A stretch of DNA of 60,547 bases, taken from positions 1 to 60,547 of the forward strand of contig CAZAOU010000003.1 in the NCBI GenBank assembly GCA_964487135.1. Reading direction: 5' to 3'. Below are positions 38,902 to 48,888 of the stretch, piece by piece. The position numbers and the translations under genes are program-made. Positions within the stretch are counted from its first letter, which is position 1; the number at the start of each line of letters is the position of its first letter. Source of the DNA: an uncultured Candidatus Saccharibacteria bacterium (GTDB lineage Bacteria; Patescibacteriota; Minisyncoccia; Phycocordibacterales; CAIRYW01). Under the pieces are notes generated by a model. The model was not told the DNA's origin. It searched no databases and saw only the letters and a program-made list of their open reading frames with translations.

Positions 38902-40043
38902 TACTTTTTCTCTCCCTGATAAGAAAGTGCCATTTTCTGATCTTTTGGATCAAAAAGAGTAATCTTAAATGGATATGTTTTTCCGAGTTCAAGAGTAGAT
39001 CTTAATTTTTCTTCACTTCCAAATTCTGAAACATGAACCAATCCAGCAACACCTTCCTCAATAGAAGCCAAAGCTCCGTGTCTGTTGAATTTTATAACTA
39101 CAGCTTCAACAGTTTCGTCTTTCTTGAATTTCTTTGATGCTTCAACCCAAGGGTTTTGTTTTAGTGCTTTGATAGAAAGAGAAATTTTTCCATCTTTTAT
39201 TTCAATGACTTTTGCTTTTACCTTGTCTCCAACTTTAAATAGAAGTCTTGGATCTTCAACAAGTCCCCAATCAAGTTCTGAGATGTGAACTAGTCCTTCA
39301 AGACCGTCTTCAACTTTGATAAATACTCCAAAATCTACGACACCTGTAATTTCTCCGTCCAAAACATCACCAATTGCATATTTGCTGACAACTCTTTCTC
39401 TGTCTTTTTCACCAGGATTCTTTTCTGAGAAAATAAGTTTTCCATCTTTTGGATTTGTTCCGATGATACAAACTTCAATTTTTGTTCCAACAAGCTTTTT
39501 CAATTCTTCTAGAATTCTGTCTTTGTCGCCATCCATTACTCTTGGATAGTGATCACTCTTAAGCTGTGAAGCAGGAAGAAATCCGTGAATTCCTTGCCAT
39601 GAGATAAGAAGACCTCCTTTGTTTGCCTCAATCACTGGAAGTTCAAAAACCTTCTTCTCTTTCATTGCTTTTTCAGCATCAGACCAAAGAAGAGCTTGTT
39701 TAGCTTCTTTTAGTGAAAGCTCTATATATCCTTCTGGATTTTTTAGATCAACAACTTTTGCAGCAACAGTATCTCCTGGGTTTATTTTTCTTACGATATC
39801 TCTTACCGCTAAATACTCTCTTCCAAAAATAATTCCTGTTCCATAAGGATAAAGGTCAATATAAACTGCTCCTTTATCAACAGTAATAACAGGACCTTCA
39901 ACAATATCTCCGATTGAAGGTGGATTACTAATCTGACTCATCAGACGTCCCATAGGACCGTCTTTCTTTTTTGCTTCCGCTATAGATTCTTCAGAATCTA
40001 TAGCCACAGAAGAAACTTCTGTATCATCTACTTTTTTTACCAT
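38901..40043 (-). CDS. rpsA: 30S ribosomal protein S1
   Basis: Four S1 domains: GDIVEGPV, NKGGLL..GFLPASQL, DFGVFI..GLVHISELDW, GLVHVSEF. Confidence 0.9.
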   Translation of the reverse strand: MVKKVDDTEVSSVAIDSEESIAEAKKKDGPMGRLMSQISNPPSIGDIVEGPVITVDKGAVYIDLYPYGTGIIFGREYLAVRDIVRKINPGDTVAAKVVDLKNPEGYIELSLKEAKQALLWSDAEKAMKEKKVFELPVIEANKGGLLISWQGIHGFLPASQLKSDHYPRVMDGDKDRILEELKKLVGTKIEVCIIGTNPKDGKLIFSEKNPGEKDRERVVSKYAIGDVLDGEITGVVDFGVFIKVEDGLEGLVHISELDWGLVEDPRLLFKVGDKVKAKVIEIKDGKISLSIKALKQNPWVEASKKFKKDETVEAVVIKFNRHGALASIEEGVAGLVHVSEFGSEEKLRSTLELGKTYPFKITLFDPKDQKMALSYQGEKK

Positions 40044-40233
40044 ATCTATTTAATCAAAAGAGGTGTTCGCCTGAGTATCTCGTGGCCCGTGGAGCGGGAC
40101 GCCATAACAATGGGCGAGGATAAGCCTCTTTCGTACTAATAATTAAGTACAATCTTAGTATACAAGAAATTGTGATTTTGTGAAGTGTTTATGCCCTTAA
40201 AAAACAATTATTTTGTGATAGAATATCCGAACT

Positions 40234-40839
40234 ATGATTATTACGCGTCACGGAGAATTTCAAATAAAACTTCAGGCAGGCGATACGGTTGCATCTTTTA
40301 ATCCACCTCTTAAGGATTCAAAACTGAAAGGTGCTAAATTTGGTGCTGACGTTGCTTTTGTTTCTGTTCAACATGAAGATATGAACGGCGTTGAAGAACT
40401 GGTTTTCGGGAATAGAGCACCTTTTATTGTTTCTGGGCCCGGAGAATATGAAGTAAAGGGTATTTTTGCAAAAGGTTTTTTGTCTAAAACTTCATATAAA
40501 GGAGAAGAAAAGTTCAATACTATTTATGCAATATCAATGGACGGTATGAATGTTGTTCATCTGGGGGCGTTTTCAGAAGAAAAAATTCCCGACGAAGCTC
40601 TTGAAGCCATTGATGAAGTTGATATTTTAATTATGCATTTAGATAAAGAAACATTGTCTCCAGCTAAGGCCTCAAAAATCGCAGTGTTCCTTGAACCAAA
40701 GCTTATAATTCCTCTCGGAGACGATTCGTTACAAAAACAGTTTGCAAAGGAGGTGGGTGCAAAGCCAGAAGAAATGGAAAAACTTACTCTCAAGAAAAAA
40801 GATCTCGATGGAAAGAGTAATGCAGTGGTATTTTTGTAA
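40234..40839 (+). CDS. MBL-fold (Lactamase_B_3-like) protein, metal motif degenerate
   Basis: GPGEYEVKGI, NTIY.ISMDGMNVVHLG, DILI, LEPKLIIPL. Confidence 0.7.
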   Translation: MIITRHGEFQIKLQAGDTVASFNPPLKDSKLKGAKFGADVAFVSVQHEDMNGVEELVFGNRAPFIVSGPGEYEVKGIFAKGFLSKTSYKGEEKFNTIYAISMDGMNVVHLGAFSEEKIPDEALEAIDEVDILIMHLDKETLSPAKASKIAVFLEPKLIIPLGDDSLQKQFAKEVGAKPEEMEKLTLKKKDLDGKSNAVVFL

Positions 40840-40844
40840 AGTTT

Positions 40845-41108
40845 ATGAACGAAGAAGAATTATCAGTTGATAATACGAATGATCAGAAGAAAAAAAAAGC
40901 AATTTTGATATCAGGAATAATTACAGCTGTAATATTTCTAGTTTGGATTGTGTTTTTTATAAAAGATTCAGAGAAAAAATTAAACGATACAGCTTCTTCT
41001 AGGGTTGCCATTTTCGGTCCTTTAGAAGAGAATGTGAGCAAGGCGGTTAATGATTTAAAAACGGAGATTTCAAAATTTAAATTAATATTCAATGTCGGAC
41101 AAGAATAA
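40845..41108 (+). CDS. Small single-TM hypothetical protein
   Basis: 87-aa ORF between 40234 and gyrA. Confidence 0.6.
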   Translation: MNEEELSVDNTNDQKKKKAILISGIITAVIFLVWIVFFIKDSEKKLNDTASSRVAIFGPLEENVSKAVNDLKTEISKFKLIFNVGQE

Positions 41109-43557
41109 AAAAACAGAAGAAAACGGAAATGTAGAAATAAAAAATGTTGTATCTCGCAACATTGTTTCTGAAATGCGAGAAGCATATATAGATTATGCGA
41201 TGTCTGTTATCACTGACAGAGCACTTCCTGACGTGCGCGATGGTCTCAAGCCAGTTCATCGAAGAATTCTTTATACAATGTATGAGTTGGGACTTAATCC
41301 GGGAGGAAAAACAAGAAAGAGTGCAAAAATTATTGGAGATGTTACTGGTAATTACCATCCTCACGGAACCGCCGCTGCTTATGAAGCACTTGTAAAACTT
41401 GCTCAAGAATTTTCTATCAGGTATCCATTAGTGATTGGTCAGGGAAACTTCGGATCAATTGATGGTGATCCTCCTGCTGCAGACAGATACACAGAAGCTA
41501 AGATGTCTAAGGTTTCGGTTGAAATGCTTCAGGATATACAAAAGGATTCTGTTGATTGGCGTTCAAACTATGAAAACACAAGAAAAGAACCGGCAGTTTT
41601 GCCCGCAGCTGTTCCAAATTTAATTTTAAATGGAACTCTTGGTATTGCTGTTGGTATGGCAACTAATATTCCTCCTCATAATTTAGGAGAGGTTTGTTCA
41701 GCGGTTGAATATTTGGTTGATCATAAAGATGCAACTAGTGAAGATTTGCATCAGTTTATAAAAGCTCCAGATTTTCCAACAGGAGGAATGATATTTGGAA
41801 AAAAAGATTTACTCCAAGCTTATAATACCGGAAGAGGAAGTGTTGTTGTTAGAGGTGAAGCAGAAATTGTTGAAGAAAAGGCGGGAACGTCAATAGTTGT
41901 TACATCTCTTCCTTATAGAGTAAATAAAGCAGAGCTTATTGTTGCCATCGCTGATTTGGTTAGAGATAAAAAACTTGAGGGAATCAGAGACATAAGAGAC
42001 GAATCAGCAAAAGATATAAGAATTGTTATAGAACTTAAAAAAGGAGGACATCCACAAACGGTTCTGAATTATCTTTACAAGCACACTCGTCTTGAAGAGC
42101 CTTTCCATTTTAATATCGTTGCTCTAGTTGACGGAGTTCCTCAAACACTTTCGCTTAAATCTGTTTTGGAATCTTTTATTGCCCACAGAAGAGAAGTTGT
42201 AAAAAGAAGAACAGAATTTGATTTAAATAAAGCTTTAGATAGAGAGCATATTCTTTCTGGACTCAAAAAAGCCCTTGATCATATTGATGAAATAATCAAA
42301 CTTATAAAAAAATCCAAAACTGTTGAAGAGGCTCGTGAAGGTTTAATGAAGACATTCAAGTTTTCAGAGCGTCAAGCAAATGCAATTTTGGAAATGAAAT
42401 TGCAAAAACTCGCTGGTCTTGAAAGAAAAAAAATAGAAGAAGAATTAGATGCTGTTAGAGTTCTTATTAAAGATTTAAAAGATATTTTGGAAAATCCTAA
42501 AAGAATTCCCCAGATAATAAAATCCGAAATAAAAGCTGTTGGAGAGAAACATGGAGATGATAGAAGAACAAAAGTGTATGCTCACGAGGCAAAATCTTTC
42601 TCAATGGAAGATTTAGTTCCAGATGAAGAAAATGTTTTGGTATATACTGCCGGTGGATATGTAAAAAGAACTCATCCAGACGAATACAGAAAACAAAAAA
42701 GAGGAGGAGTTGGGGTTATTGACCTAGATACAAAAGAAGAGGATTTTATTACTCATCTTGTGACAACAACAACTCATAGCGACATGCTCTTCTTTACCGA
42801 TAAAGGAAAGGCATACCAAATAAAAATGTATGAGCTTCCAGAAGGTAGACGCGCAACAAAAGGAAAATCAATAATGAACTTCCTTTCACTTTCAGATGAT
42901 GAAAAAGTAACATCAATACTTCCAATGCCTAAAAATATTAAAAAAGGTAGCGGACTTTCTTTAATGCTTGTGACAAAGCAGGGAACTGGTAAAAAAGTTT
43001 CTGCTGACAGTTTTACTGATGTAAGAAGAAGTGGAATTATGGCCATAAGATTAGATTCAGGAGACGAACTCTCATCCGCTCTTCTTGTAGAAAAAGGCGA
43101 CAGCATTATGACAGTTTCTTCTGGGGGGCAGTCTATTAGATTTGCCGAAAAAGATGTTAGAGAAATGGGACGAGCAGCTGGAGGAGTTAGGGTTATGAAA
43201 CTTTCTAAAGGTGAAACAGTTGTTGGTGCAGATGTTGTTAAAAAGGATTCAAAAGATGCAAAAGTTTTTGTGGTATCTTCAAAAGGATTCGGAAAAAAGA
43301 CAGAAATTGATGAGTATAAAATTCAAGGAAGAGGTGGTTCAGGAATAAAAACAATTAAAGTTACTGACAAAACAGGTTCTCTAATATCTGCCAAAGTTGT
43401 TACCGAAGAATTTGAAGAAGCTGTTGCAATTTCTAAGAAAAGTCAGGTTATCAGATGCTCTTTAGGGGAAATTCCAAATCTAGGACGAGATACTCAGGGT
43501 GTTAGAATCATGAAATTGCGCGAAGGAGATTCTTTGGCATCAGTAATTTGTTTATAA
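41092..43557 (+). CDS. gyrA: DNA gyrase subunit A
   Basis: [41 protein letters not shown], GyrA-box QKRGGVG, beta-pinwheel repeats. Confidence 0.98.
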   Translation: MSDKNKKTEENGNVEIKNVVSRNIVSEMREAYIDYAMSVITDRALPDVRDGLKPVHRRILYTMYELGLNPGGKTRKSAKIIGDVTGNYHPHGTAAAYEALVKLAQEFSIRYPLVIGQGNFGSIDGDPPAADRYTEAKMSKVSVEMLQDIQKDSVDWRSNYENTRKEPAVLPAAVPNLILNGTLGIAVGMATNIPPHNLGEVCSAVEYLVDHKDATSEDLHQFIKAPDFPTGGMIFGKKDLLQAYNTGRGSVVVRGEAEIVEEKAGTSIVVTSLPYRVNKAELIVAIADLVRDKKLEGIRDIRDESAKDIRIVIELKKGGHPQTVLNYLYKHTRLEEPFHFNIVALVDGVPQTLSLKSVLESFIAHRREVVKRRTEFDLNKALDREHILSGLKKALDHIDEIIKLIKKSKTVEEAREGLMKTFKFSERQANAILEMKLQKLAGLERKKIEEELDAVRVLIKDLKDILENPKRIPQIIKSEIKAVGEKHGDDRRTKVYAHEAKSFSMEDLVPDEENVLVYTAGGYVKRTHPDEYRKQKRGGVGVIDLDTKEEDFITHLVTTTTHSDMLFFTDKGKAYQIKMYELPEGRRATKGKSIMNFLSLSDDEKVTSILPMPKNIKKGSGLSLMLVTKQGTGKKVSADSFTDVRRSGIMAIRLDSGDELSSALLVEKGDSIMTVSSGGQSIRFAEKDVREMGRAAGGVRVMKLSKGETVVGADVVKKDSKDAKVFVVSSKGFGKKTEIDEYKIQGRGGSGIKTIKVTDKTGSLISAKVVTEEFEEAVAISKKSQVIRCSLGEIPNLGRDTQGVRIMKLREGDSLASVICL

Positions 43558-43646
43558 AGTGGTTAGTTGTTAGTGAATAGTGGATAGTATAATAGTAATG
43601 TTTTATTTGTTTTTTACTTAAGACTATAAACTATTCACTTTTAACT

Positions 43647-44174
43647 ATGTTTAGTAATCCTCAAAAAAATTTATTACAAACAGGTATTGCTCCCGGTGCT
43701 GTTGTTGCTGATTTTTCTGCCGGTCTCGGACACTACACTTTAGAAGTTGCTTCTCTGGTTGGAAATCATGGTGAAGTTTTTGCGATAGATATAAGAGATG
43801 ATCTGCTTAAACTTCTCGCTAAAGAAGCTAAAGAAAAAAAACTAAAAAATATCCATTTTATATCTGGAAATATAAGTAAAGTTGGAGGTTCCGGAATAAA
43901 AGATAATTCTATAGATTTGGTGATTATTGCCAATACTTTTTTTACCATCAAAAACAAAGCTCACACTACTGAGGAGATAAAAAGAGTGTTAAAAGACAAA
44001 GGCAGAATTTTGTTTATTGAATGGAGTGATTCTTTTGCAGGTATTGGGCCTCATAGAGATCATGTTTTTCCCAAACAAAAAGCTTTAGCGTTTTTTCAAA
44101 GTCACAATTTTGCTTTGGTAAGAGAAATTGAAGCGGGAGATCATCATTACGGATTTATTTTCAGAAAAAAATAA
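43647..44174 (+). CDS. Class I SAM-dependent methyltransferase
   Basis: VVADFSAGLGHY, VFAIDIR, DLVIIAN, EAGDHHYG. Confidence 0.85.
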   Translation: MFSNPQKNLLQTGIAPGAVVADFSAGLGHYTLEVASLVGNHGEVFAIDIRDDLLKLLAKEAKEKKLKNIHFISGNISKVGGSGIKDNSIDLVIIANTFFTIKNKAHTTEEIKRVLKDKGRILFIEWSDSFAGIGPHRDHVFPKQKALAFFQSHNFALVREIEAGDHHYGFIFRKK

Positions 44175-44222
44175 TTTTTATTCCTAGCTTATTTTTGTTT
44201 TGCGTTTTACAATAATATAGTC

Positions 44223-45530
44223 ATGCAAAATAATAGCACCACTATACAATATGTAATTATCGGAATTTTTATTGTGTTTGCTTTGATTGGTGTTGTTATT
44301 TTTGCTGGTTTTGCTCCTTCTGGCTCTAGTGAGGTAGGAGATGAGAGGGTGATTGTGTGGGGATTGGTTCCACAAAGTATTATTGTTCCTGTAATTGAAC
44401 AAATAAATGTTGATGCACCAAATACCATCAACATGGACTATATAGAAAAAAAAGAAGAAAACTTTGGTATTGAATTAGCTAATGCTATTGCAGAGGATGT
44501 CGGTCCTGATCTTGTAATAATTCCTCACGATATGCTAATTAGTCAGGCCAGAAAATTGATTCCCATTCCTTACTCAGTAATTCCAGAGCGGATGTTTAAA
44601 GATACTTTTGTTGAGGCAGGAGAAATATTTCAAACTGCACAAGGTTTTTGGGGTATTCCTTTTATAATTGATCCAATTGTTTTGTATTGGAACAGGGATA
44701 TGTTCTCAAATATTGGTTTGACCTCTCCTCCGAAAGAATGGAATGAATTAACGGCTCTTGTTCCAAAACTTGTTAAGATTAGCGGTAATAAGACAATAAC
44801 AAAGTCCGCTGTATCTTTTGGTGAATTTTCAAATGTTAAAAATGCAAAAGAAATTATTTCAACACTCGCTATGCAGGCCGGGTCTCCTATGGTCTCTTGG
44901 CAAAACGGAGCCATAACAAACGGCTCTCTTCAGGGTGGCAATGCTGAGTCCGGAGGGGCTTTGGAGTCTGCTTTATCTTTTTATACACAATTTTCTGATG
45001 CTTCTCGTCCAACTTACTCATGGAATAAATCTCTTCAACCTTCAGACAGCATGTTTTTAAGAAATAATTCGGCAATGTATATAGGTTTTGCTAGTGAAAT
45101 AAACACACTTCGTTCAACAAATCCAAATCTTAATTTTGATGTAGCAATGATTCCTCAAGCCTCAGGAACAGAAAGAAAAATGACCTTTGCGCGAGTGTAT
45201 GGAATATCAATTGTTGGAAGTTCCAAATTAAAATCGGCTGCTTTAAAGACAATAACAACTCTTTTGAATAAGGATGTTGTTGGGGCTTTTTCTCAAAACA
45301 CTCTTCTACCTCCTGTAAGAAGAGATTTACTCAGTGTCGCTCAAGACTCTGCTTCCAAAGAAACTTTTTATCGTTCGGCTGTAATAAGTAAGGCGTGGCT
45401 TGATCCAAATCCTTTGGTAACAAATGAAGCTTTTAAAGATATGATTGAGTCTGTAACAACTGGAAGAAGTTCTGTTGCTGAATCAACCAAAATCTTTTCA
45501 AGAAAATTATCAGATCTTTTAGGAAATTAA
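44223..45530 (+). CDS. Extracellular solute-binding protein (carbohydrate family 1-like)
   Basis: N-terminal TM, GPDLV, GIPF.IDP.VLYWNRDMF, PP.EWNEL, FD.A.IPQ. Confidence 0.85.
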   Translation: MQNNSTTIQYVIIGIFIVFALIGVVIFAGFAPSGSSEVGDERVIVWGLVPQSIIVPVIEQINVDAPNTINMDYIEKKEENFGIELANAIAEDVGPDLVIIPHDMLISQARKLIPIPYSVIPERMFKDTFVEAGEIFQTAQGFWGIPFIIDPIVLYWNRDMFSNIGLTSPPKEWNELTALVPKLVKISGNKTITKSAVSFGEFSNVKNAKEIISTLAMQAGSPMVSWQNGAITNGSLQGGNAESGGALESALSFYTQFSDASRPTYSWNKSLQPSDSMFLRNNSAMYIGFASEINTLRSTNPNLNFDVAMIPQASGTERKMTFARVYGISIVGSSKLKSAALKTITTLLNKDVVGAFSQNTLLPPVRRDLLSVAQDSASKETFYRSAVISKAWLDPNPLVTNEAFKDMIESVTTGRSSVAESTKIFSRKLSDLLGN

Positions 45531-46061
45531 ATGATACAAAAAACAAAAATATTATTTTTATTTTCCCTACTAGTTTTTTTGTGTATTCCATTTAGTGTTT
45601 TTGCTGCTAATAGTGCTATCCAAGAAGCTGAAAAATCTGGCTTTAGTATTGTTAAGCCCTGCACCAAAGGAAGTGGACAGGGAACAGATGAGAAAAAGTC
45701 TTATTCTGTACAAGGTTCAAAAGGTACGCAAACAGAAATTTCTGAGCAAAATACTTTCGTAGAGTGTGGTTACGCCGATCTAATCAATCTTATAAATAGA
45801 ATTATCGGCTTCGCCATATTTTTTGGAACTACCGCAGGAGTTATTTCAATAGCTTATGCTGGATTTTTATATGCGAGTGCTGCGGGTAACTCAGGACAAG
45901 TAGAGAAAGCTCACCATATATTTACGATGGTGGTTATAGGACTTTGTTTTATGTATGGAGGTTGGCTCATTGTTGCAACAATTATGAAAACTTTGGGTGT
46001 AACAAATGGGTTTGATTATTTAATTAATACAAAAGAAGTTCAAGAGGTTAAAGAGGGATAA
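45531..46061 (+). CDS. VirB2/TrbC-like (T4SS) pilin 1
   Basis: Signal peptide, Cys pair, two TMs around YASAAGNSGQVEKAH. Confidence 0.7.
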   Translation: MIQKTKILFLFSLLVFLCIPFSVFAANSAIQEAEKSGFSIVKPCTKGSGQGTDEKKSYSVQGSKGTQTEISEQNTFVECGYADLINLINRIIGFAIFFGTTAGVISIAYAGFLYASAAGNSGQVEKAHHIFTMVVIGLCFMYGGWLIVATIMKTLGVTNGFDYLINTKEVQEVKEG

Positions 46062-46114
46062 GGGTTGTTAATAAACAAATGGATATATTAAGAAAGCACC
46101 TATATAATAATAGT

Positions 46115-46480
46115 ATGAATCGTTTAAAACTTCATATTCAGTATTCTTTTTTTATATACATGTTCACACCCCTGCTTTCTTTTGCAGGTGATGTTGATAT
46201 AAAAGACGCTACTGGAAGAATTACTATTGATAATCCAATTGCCGCAAAAAGTCTACCCGAATTTTTTAAGGCAATGATAATGGCTTTTACCCAGTTGGGA
46301 ACCATTGTAGCTGTTTTAGCTATAATGTATGGAGGTTTTCAGTATGCAACAGCTCAAGGCAACGAAGAAAAGTTGGCTCAGGCCCAAAAAACAGTTACTT
46401 GGGCTCTTGTTGGTACAGCTTTGCTTATTGGAGCACAAGTTATTATGACTGCTGTAACAGGAACTATTAAAAAATTATAA
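46115..46480 (+). CDS. VirB2/TrbC-like pilin 2
   Basis: IDNPI, IMYGGFQYATAQGNEEKLAQAQKTVTWALVG; ATG at 46115 follows TATAAT. Confidence 0.8.
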   Translation: MNRLKLHIQYSFFIYMFTPLLSFAGDVDIKDATGRITIDNPIAAKSLPEFFKAMIMAFTQLGTIVAVLAIMYGGFQYATAQGNEEKLAQAQKTVTWALVGTALLIGAQVIMTAVTGTIKKL

Positions 46481-46481
46481 T

Positions 46482-46961
46482 ATGAAAAAAATATTTTTTG
46501 TTTTAGCTTTAGTGGCACTCACAATTCCAAACCTTTCTTTTGGAGCTGGTGCTGCTACAACTGAATCTTGGGGAAATAACAATGATTTTGTTGAGAATTA
46601 TAATCCTTATGACCAAGCTAGTGCTACAACAGGTAATACTGTCAGTAGTAGCGATTGTAAAAAACCAAAAGATATTACTACTTTATTTGAGTACGGTATT
46701 TGTGTTTTAAGTGGTGCGGTAATTCCATTTTTGTTTGGTATTGCACTTCTAATCTTTCTTATCGGGGCTCTCAATTTTGTGGGAGCAGGAGACAATGAAG
46801 AAAAAAGAGAGGGAGGTAGACATATGATGATTTTTGGAATAATTTGTTTGTTTGTGATGGTTTCTGTTTGGGGATTTGTAAAGATATTAACAACAAGTTT
46901 TGGTTTTGAATTTGAGTTACCTTCTTTACCTAAAAAAGCTACTGGAATTTATGCGAAATAG
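46482..46961 (+). CDS. VirB2/TrbC-like pilin 3
   Basis: GAGDNEEKREGGRHMMIFGII.LFVMVSVWGFV. Confidence 0.8.
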   Translation: MKKIFFVLALVALTIPNLSFGAGAATTESWGNNNDFVENYNPYDQASATTGNTVSSSDCKKPKDITTLFEYGICVLSGAVIPFLFGIALLIFLIGALNFVGAGDNEEKREGGRHMMIFGIICLFVMVSVWGFVKILTTSFGFEFELPSLPKKATGIYAK

Positions 46962-47313
46962 TTTTAAGATAATATTTTTTATTTATCTGTTGGCTCCTTT
47001 AATTTCTTTCGCTGCCCAGCCAACAACTATAAATGAGATATTTTCAGGGTTTGTGGAGGGAAACATGTCAGGACTTATTCCCGCATGTATTTTGGTAGGA
47101 CTTATAACATTTCTTGCTGGTGTAATAAATTATGTTAGAGCGGGGGATGATGAGGAATCTAGATCAAAAGGTAGGGCTGTTATGATATACGGTGTAATAA
47201 TTATGTTTGTTATGGTTTCCGCTTGGGGATTTGTGCGAATTTTATACTATTCATTTTTCTCAGAAGAAATGACTCTGCCAAATTATTTACCAAATCTACT
47301 AGAAGCAAGATGA
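46951..47313 (+). CDS. VirB2/TrbC-like pilin 4
   Basis: RAGDDEESRSKGRAVMIYGVIIMFVMVSAWGFV; ATG at 46951. Confidence 0.8.
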   Translation: MRNSFKIIFFIYLLAPLISFAAQPTTINEIFSGFVEGNMSGLIPACILVGLITFLAGVINYVRAGDDEESRSKGRAVMIYGVIIMFVMVSAWGFVRILYYSFFSEEMTLPNYLPNLLEAR

Positions 47314-47753
47314 GGAAGAAAATATTGATCCCAATATTTGCATCTCTATTTGTGTTCCCATTATTTGTTTCCGCGGCAAGTGGATTTCCAGCACCAAAAG
47401 AATTGAAAGACATTCTTTGTTATATGGTTTTTTTGGCTCTTGATTTTGTTCCTCTAATTGTTGTATTTGCACTTGGAGCAATGATTCAGGGACTTATTAA
47501 ATATGTATCACACGGAGACGACGAAGAAAAACGCTCAGAAGGAAGAATGCTTATGATTTATGGAATTGTTGGACTGTTTTTTATTGTTTCAGTTTGGGGA
47601 ATATTAAAAATATTCGCGAATAGTTATAGTATTCCGTTTGGTATACCTCAATTTAAGCAAGATAGTTCTAGCACAAAAACTTGTGGCTCAAAACCTAATT
47701 CTGGCAGTAGTCAACAAAGTGAAAATTGCGAATTAGGGGAAACCGATTGCTAA
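47310..47753 (+). CDS. VirB2/TrbC-like pilin 5
   Basis: HGDDEEKRSEGRMLMIYGIVGLFFIVSVWGIL; ATGA overlap with pilin 4. Confidence 0.8.
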   Translation: MRKKILIPIFASLFVFPLFVSAASGFPAPKELKDILCYMVFLALDFVPLIVVFALGAMIQGLIKYVSHGDDEEKRSEGRMLMIYGIVGLFFIVSVWGILKIFANSYSIPFGIPQFKQDSSSTKTCGSKPNSGSSQQSENCELGETDC

Positions 47754-47787
47754 GGTATTTTTTAAGTTATATAGGTATTTCTTTTTC

Positions 47788-47850
47788 TAGCGAAAGGAAT
47801 CAGACTTTTTCAAGAGTTTTGAATTTGTATTTATTCTTAGCAAAATAAAG
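47788..47850 (+). repeat. Decayed partial copy (D') of the structured element
   Basis: tagcgaaaggaatcagactttttcaagag resembles the start of copy D; residual AGCA hairpin; right boundary approximate. Confidence 0.6.
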
Positions 47851-47888
47851 AAGAATTTTTCCATATTTTGAATTTCATTTTCTTTTCT

Positions 47889-48000
47889 TAGCGGAAGGAA
47901 TCAGGCTTTTTCCAGACTCTTGAGTGCGACTGGCACGAAAGTGAAGAAAATTTCAGTAGAAATTTTCTGTACTGGAAAAAGCCTGATTCCTGAAGCGCCC
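47889..48000 (+). repeat. Structured intergenic element, copy D
   Basis: Perfect 20-bp stem 47896-47915/47972-47991, gtgc-GACTG-gcac and agaaaatttc-AGTA-gaaattttct hairpins, GAAGCGCCC end. Confidence 0.85.
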
Positions 48001-48083
48001 TGTGTATTACTTTTTCCCCCACTCTGTTATATAATTAACACGCGAATTTAAAGGTCATTTAGTAGTTATTATAAATTTTATTT

Positions 48084-48398
48084 ATGCAAAATTTTACAAG
48101 TTTTCAAAATGCTATTACCAGCATTTCAAATCTAATAGGACAGGTAATACCTCTTATCATTGGTATTGCTGTTCTCCTCTTTCTTATTGGTTTGCTTCGT
48201 TATGTAACAGCTGGAGCTGATGAAGAAGCAAAAGAGGCCGCTAGAGGAATGATTATATACGGTATAATCGTAATTTTCGTGATGGTTACAGTGTGGGGAT
48301 TCGTTAGAATTCTTGCTAGAACTTTCTTCCAAGATTCAAGTTATGCAACTCCTCTTAGAGGTCCTGGTGTTCCTACTCCTAATAGTCCAATTTTCTAA
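48084..48398 (+). CDS. VirB2/TrbC-like pilin 6
   Basis: TAGADEEAKEAARGMIIYGIIVIFVMVTVWGFV. Confidence 0.8.
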   Translation: MQNFTSFQNAITSISNLIGQVIPLIIGIAVLLFLIGLLRYVTAGADEEAKEAARGMIIYGIIVIFVMVTVWGFVRILARTFFQDSSYATPLRGPGVPTPNSPIF

Positions 48399-48406
48399 AG
48401 AATTAA

Positions 48407-48724
48407 ATGGATATTATTGGTGCGGCAGCCGCTAATCCGGCAACAGAGCTTATTCTAAAAATTAACGCTCTAATAGTTAATCCAATAATAATTGTTATGT
48501 TTTCTTTTGCTCTTGTCGGTTTTCTCTGGGGTGTTAGAGGATATGTCTCTCATGCCGATGACCACGAAGCAAGAGTAAAGGGGGCACAGCATATTTTGTG
48601 GGGAATTATTGGAATGATGCTTATGATAAGTGCGTTTACTCTCGTTAGAATTGTTTTGGGAACATTTGGATTAAACGATACTAAAACAACTGAGGCAGTT
48701 GATTCAATCTTAGGTTCAAAATAG
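48407..48724 (+). CDS. VirB2/TrbC-like pilin 7
   Basis: INALIVNPII..FLWG..YVSHADDHEARVKGAQHILWGIIG. Confidence 0.75.
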   Translation: MDIIGAAAANPATELILKINALIVNPIIIVMFSFALVGFLWGVRGYVSHADDHEARVKGAQHILWGIIGMMLMISAFTLVRIVLGTFGLNDTKTTEAVDSILGSK

Positions 48725-48737
48725 AAGACTCTAAACA

Positions 48738-48765
48738 ACCCTCATCCGCCTAGGCGGATGAGGGT
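48738..48765. terminator. Palindromic hairpin after the pilin array
   Basis: accctcatccgcc-ta-ggcggatgagggt. Confidence 0.65.
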
Positions 48766-48888
48766 GGTTTGCTATTTAAAATTTAAATTTCATATAAAAA
48801 GGGAAGGGGCGCGCTCGACATGTAGTCTCGCGCGCCCCAATCCAATCCACTCCACTCCACAACAAATTTTCCCAGCTACTGCGCCGGA

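Noticed and set aside
46079-47309. Longer ORF-track starts for pilins (46079, 46900, 47223), and similarly for secG, the PRTase, msrB, GNAT and lepB
   Set aside because: The extensions overlap upstream genes or promoters; downstream ATGs give signal peptides or coupled starts.
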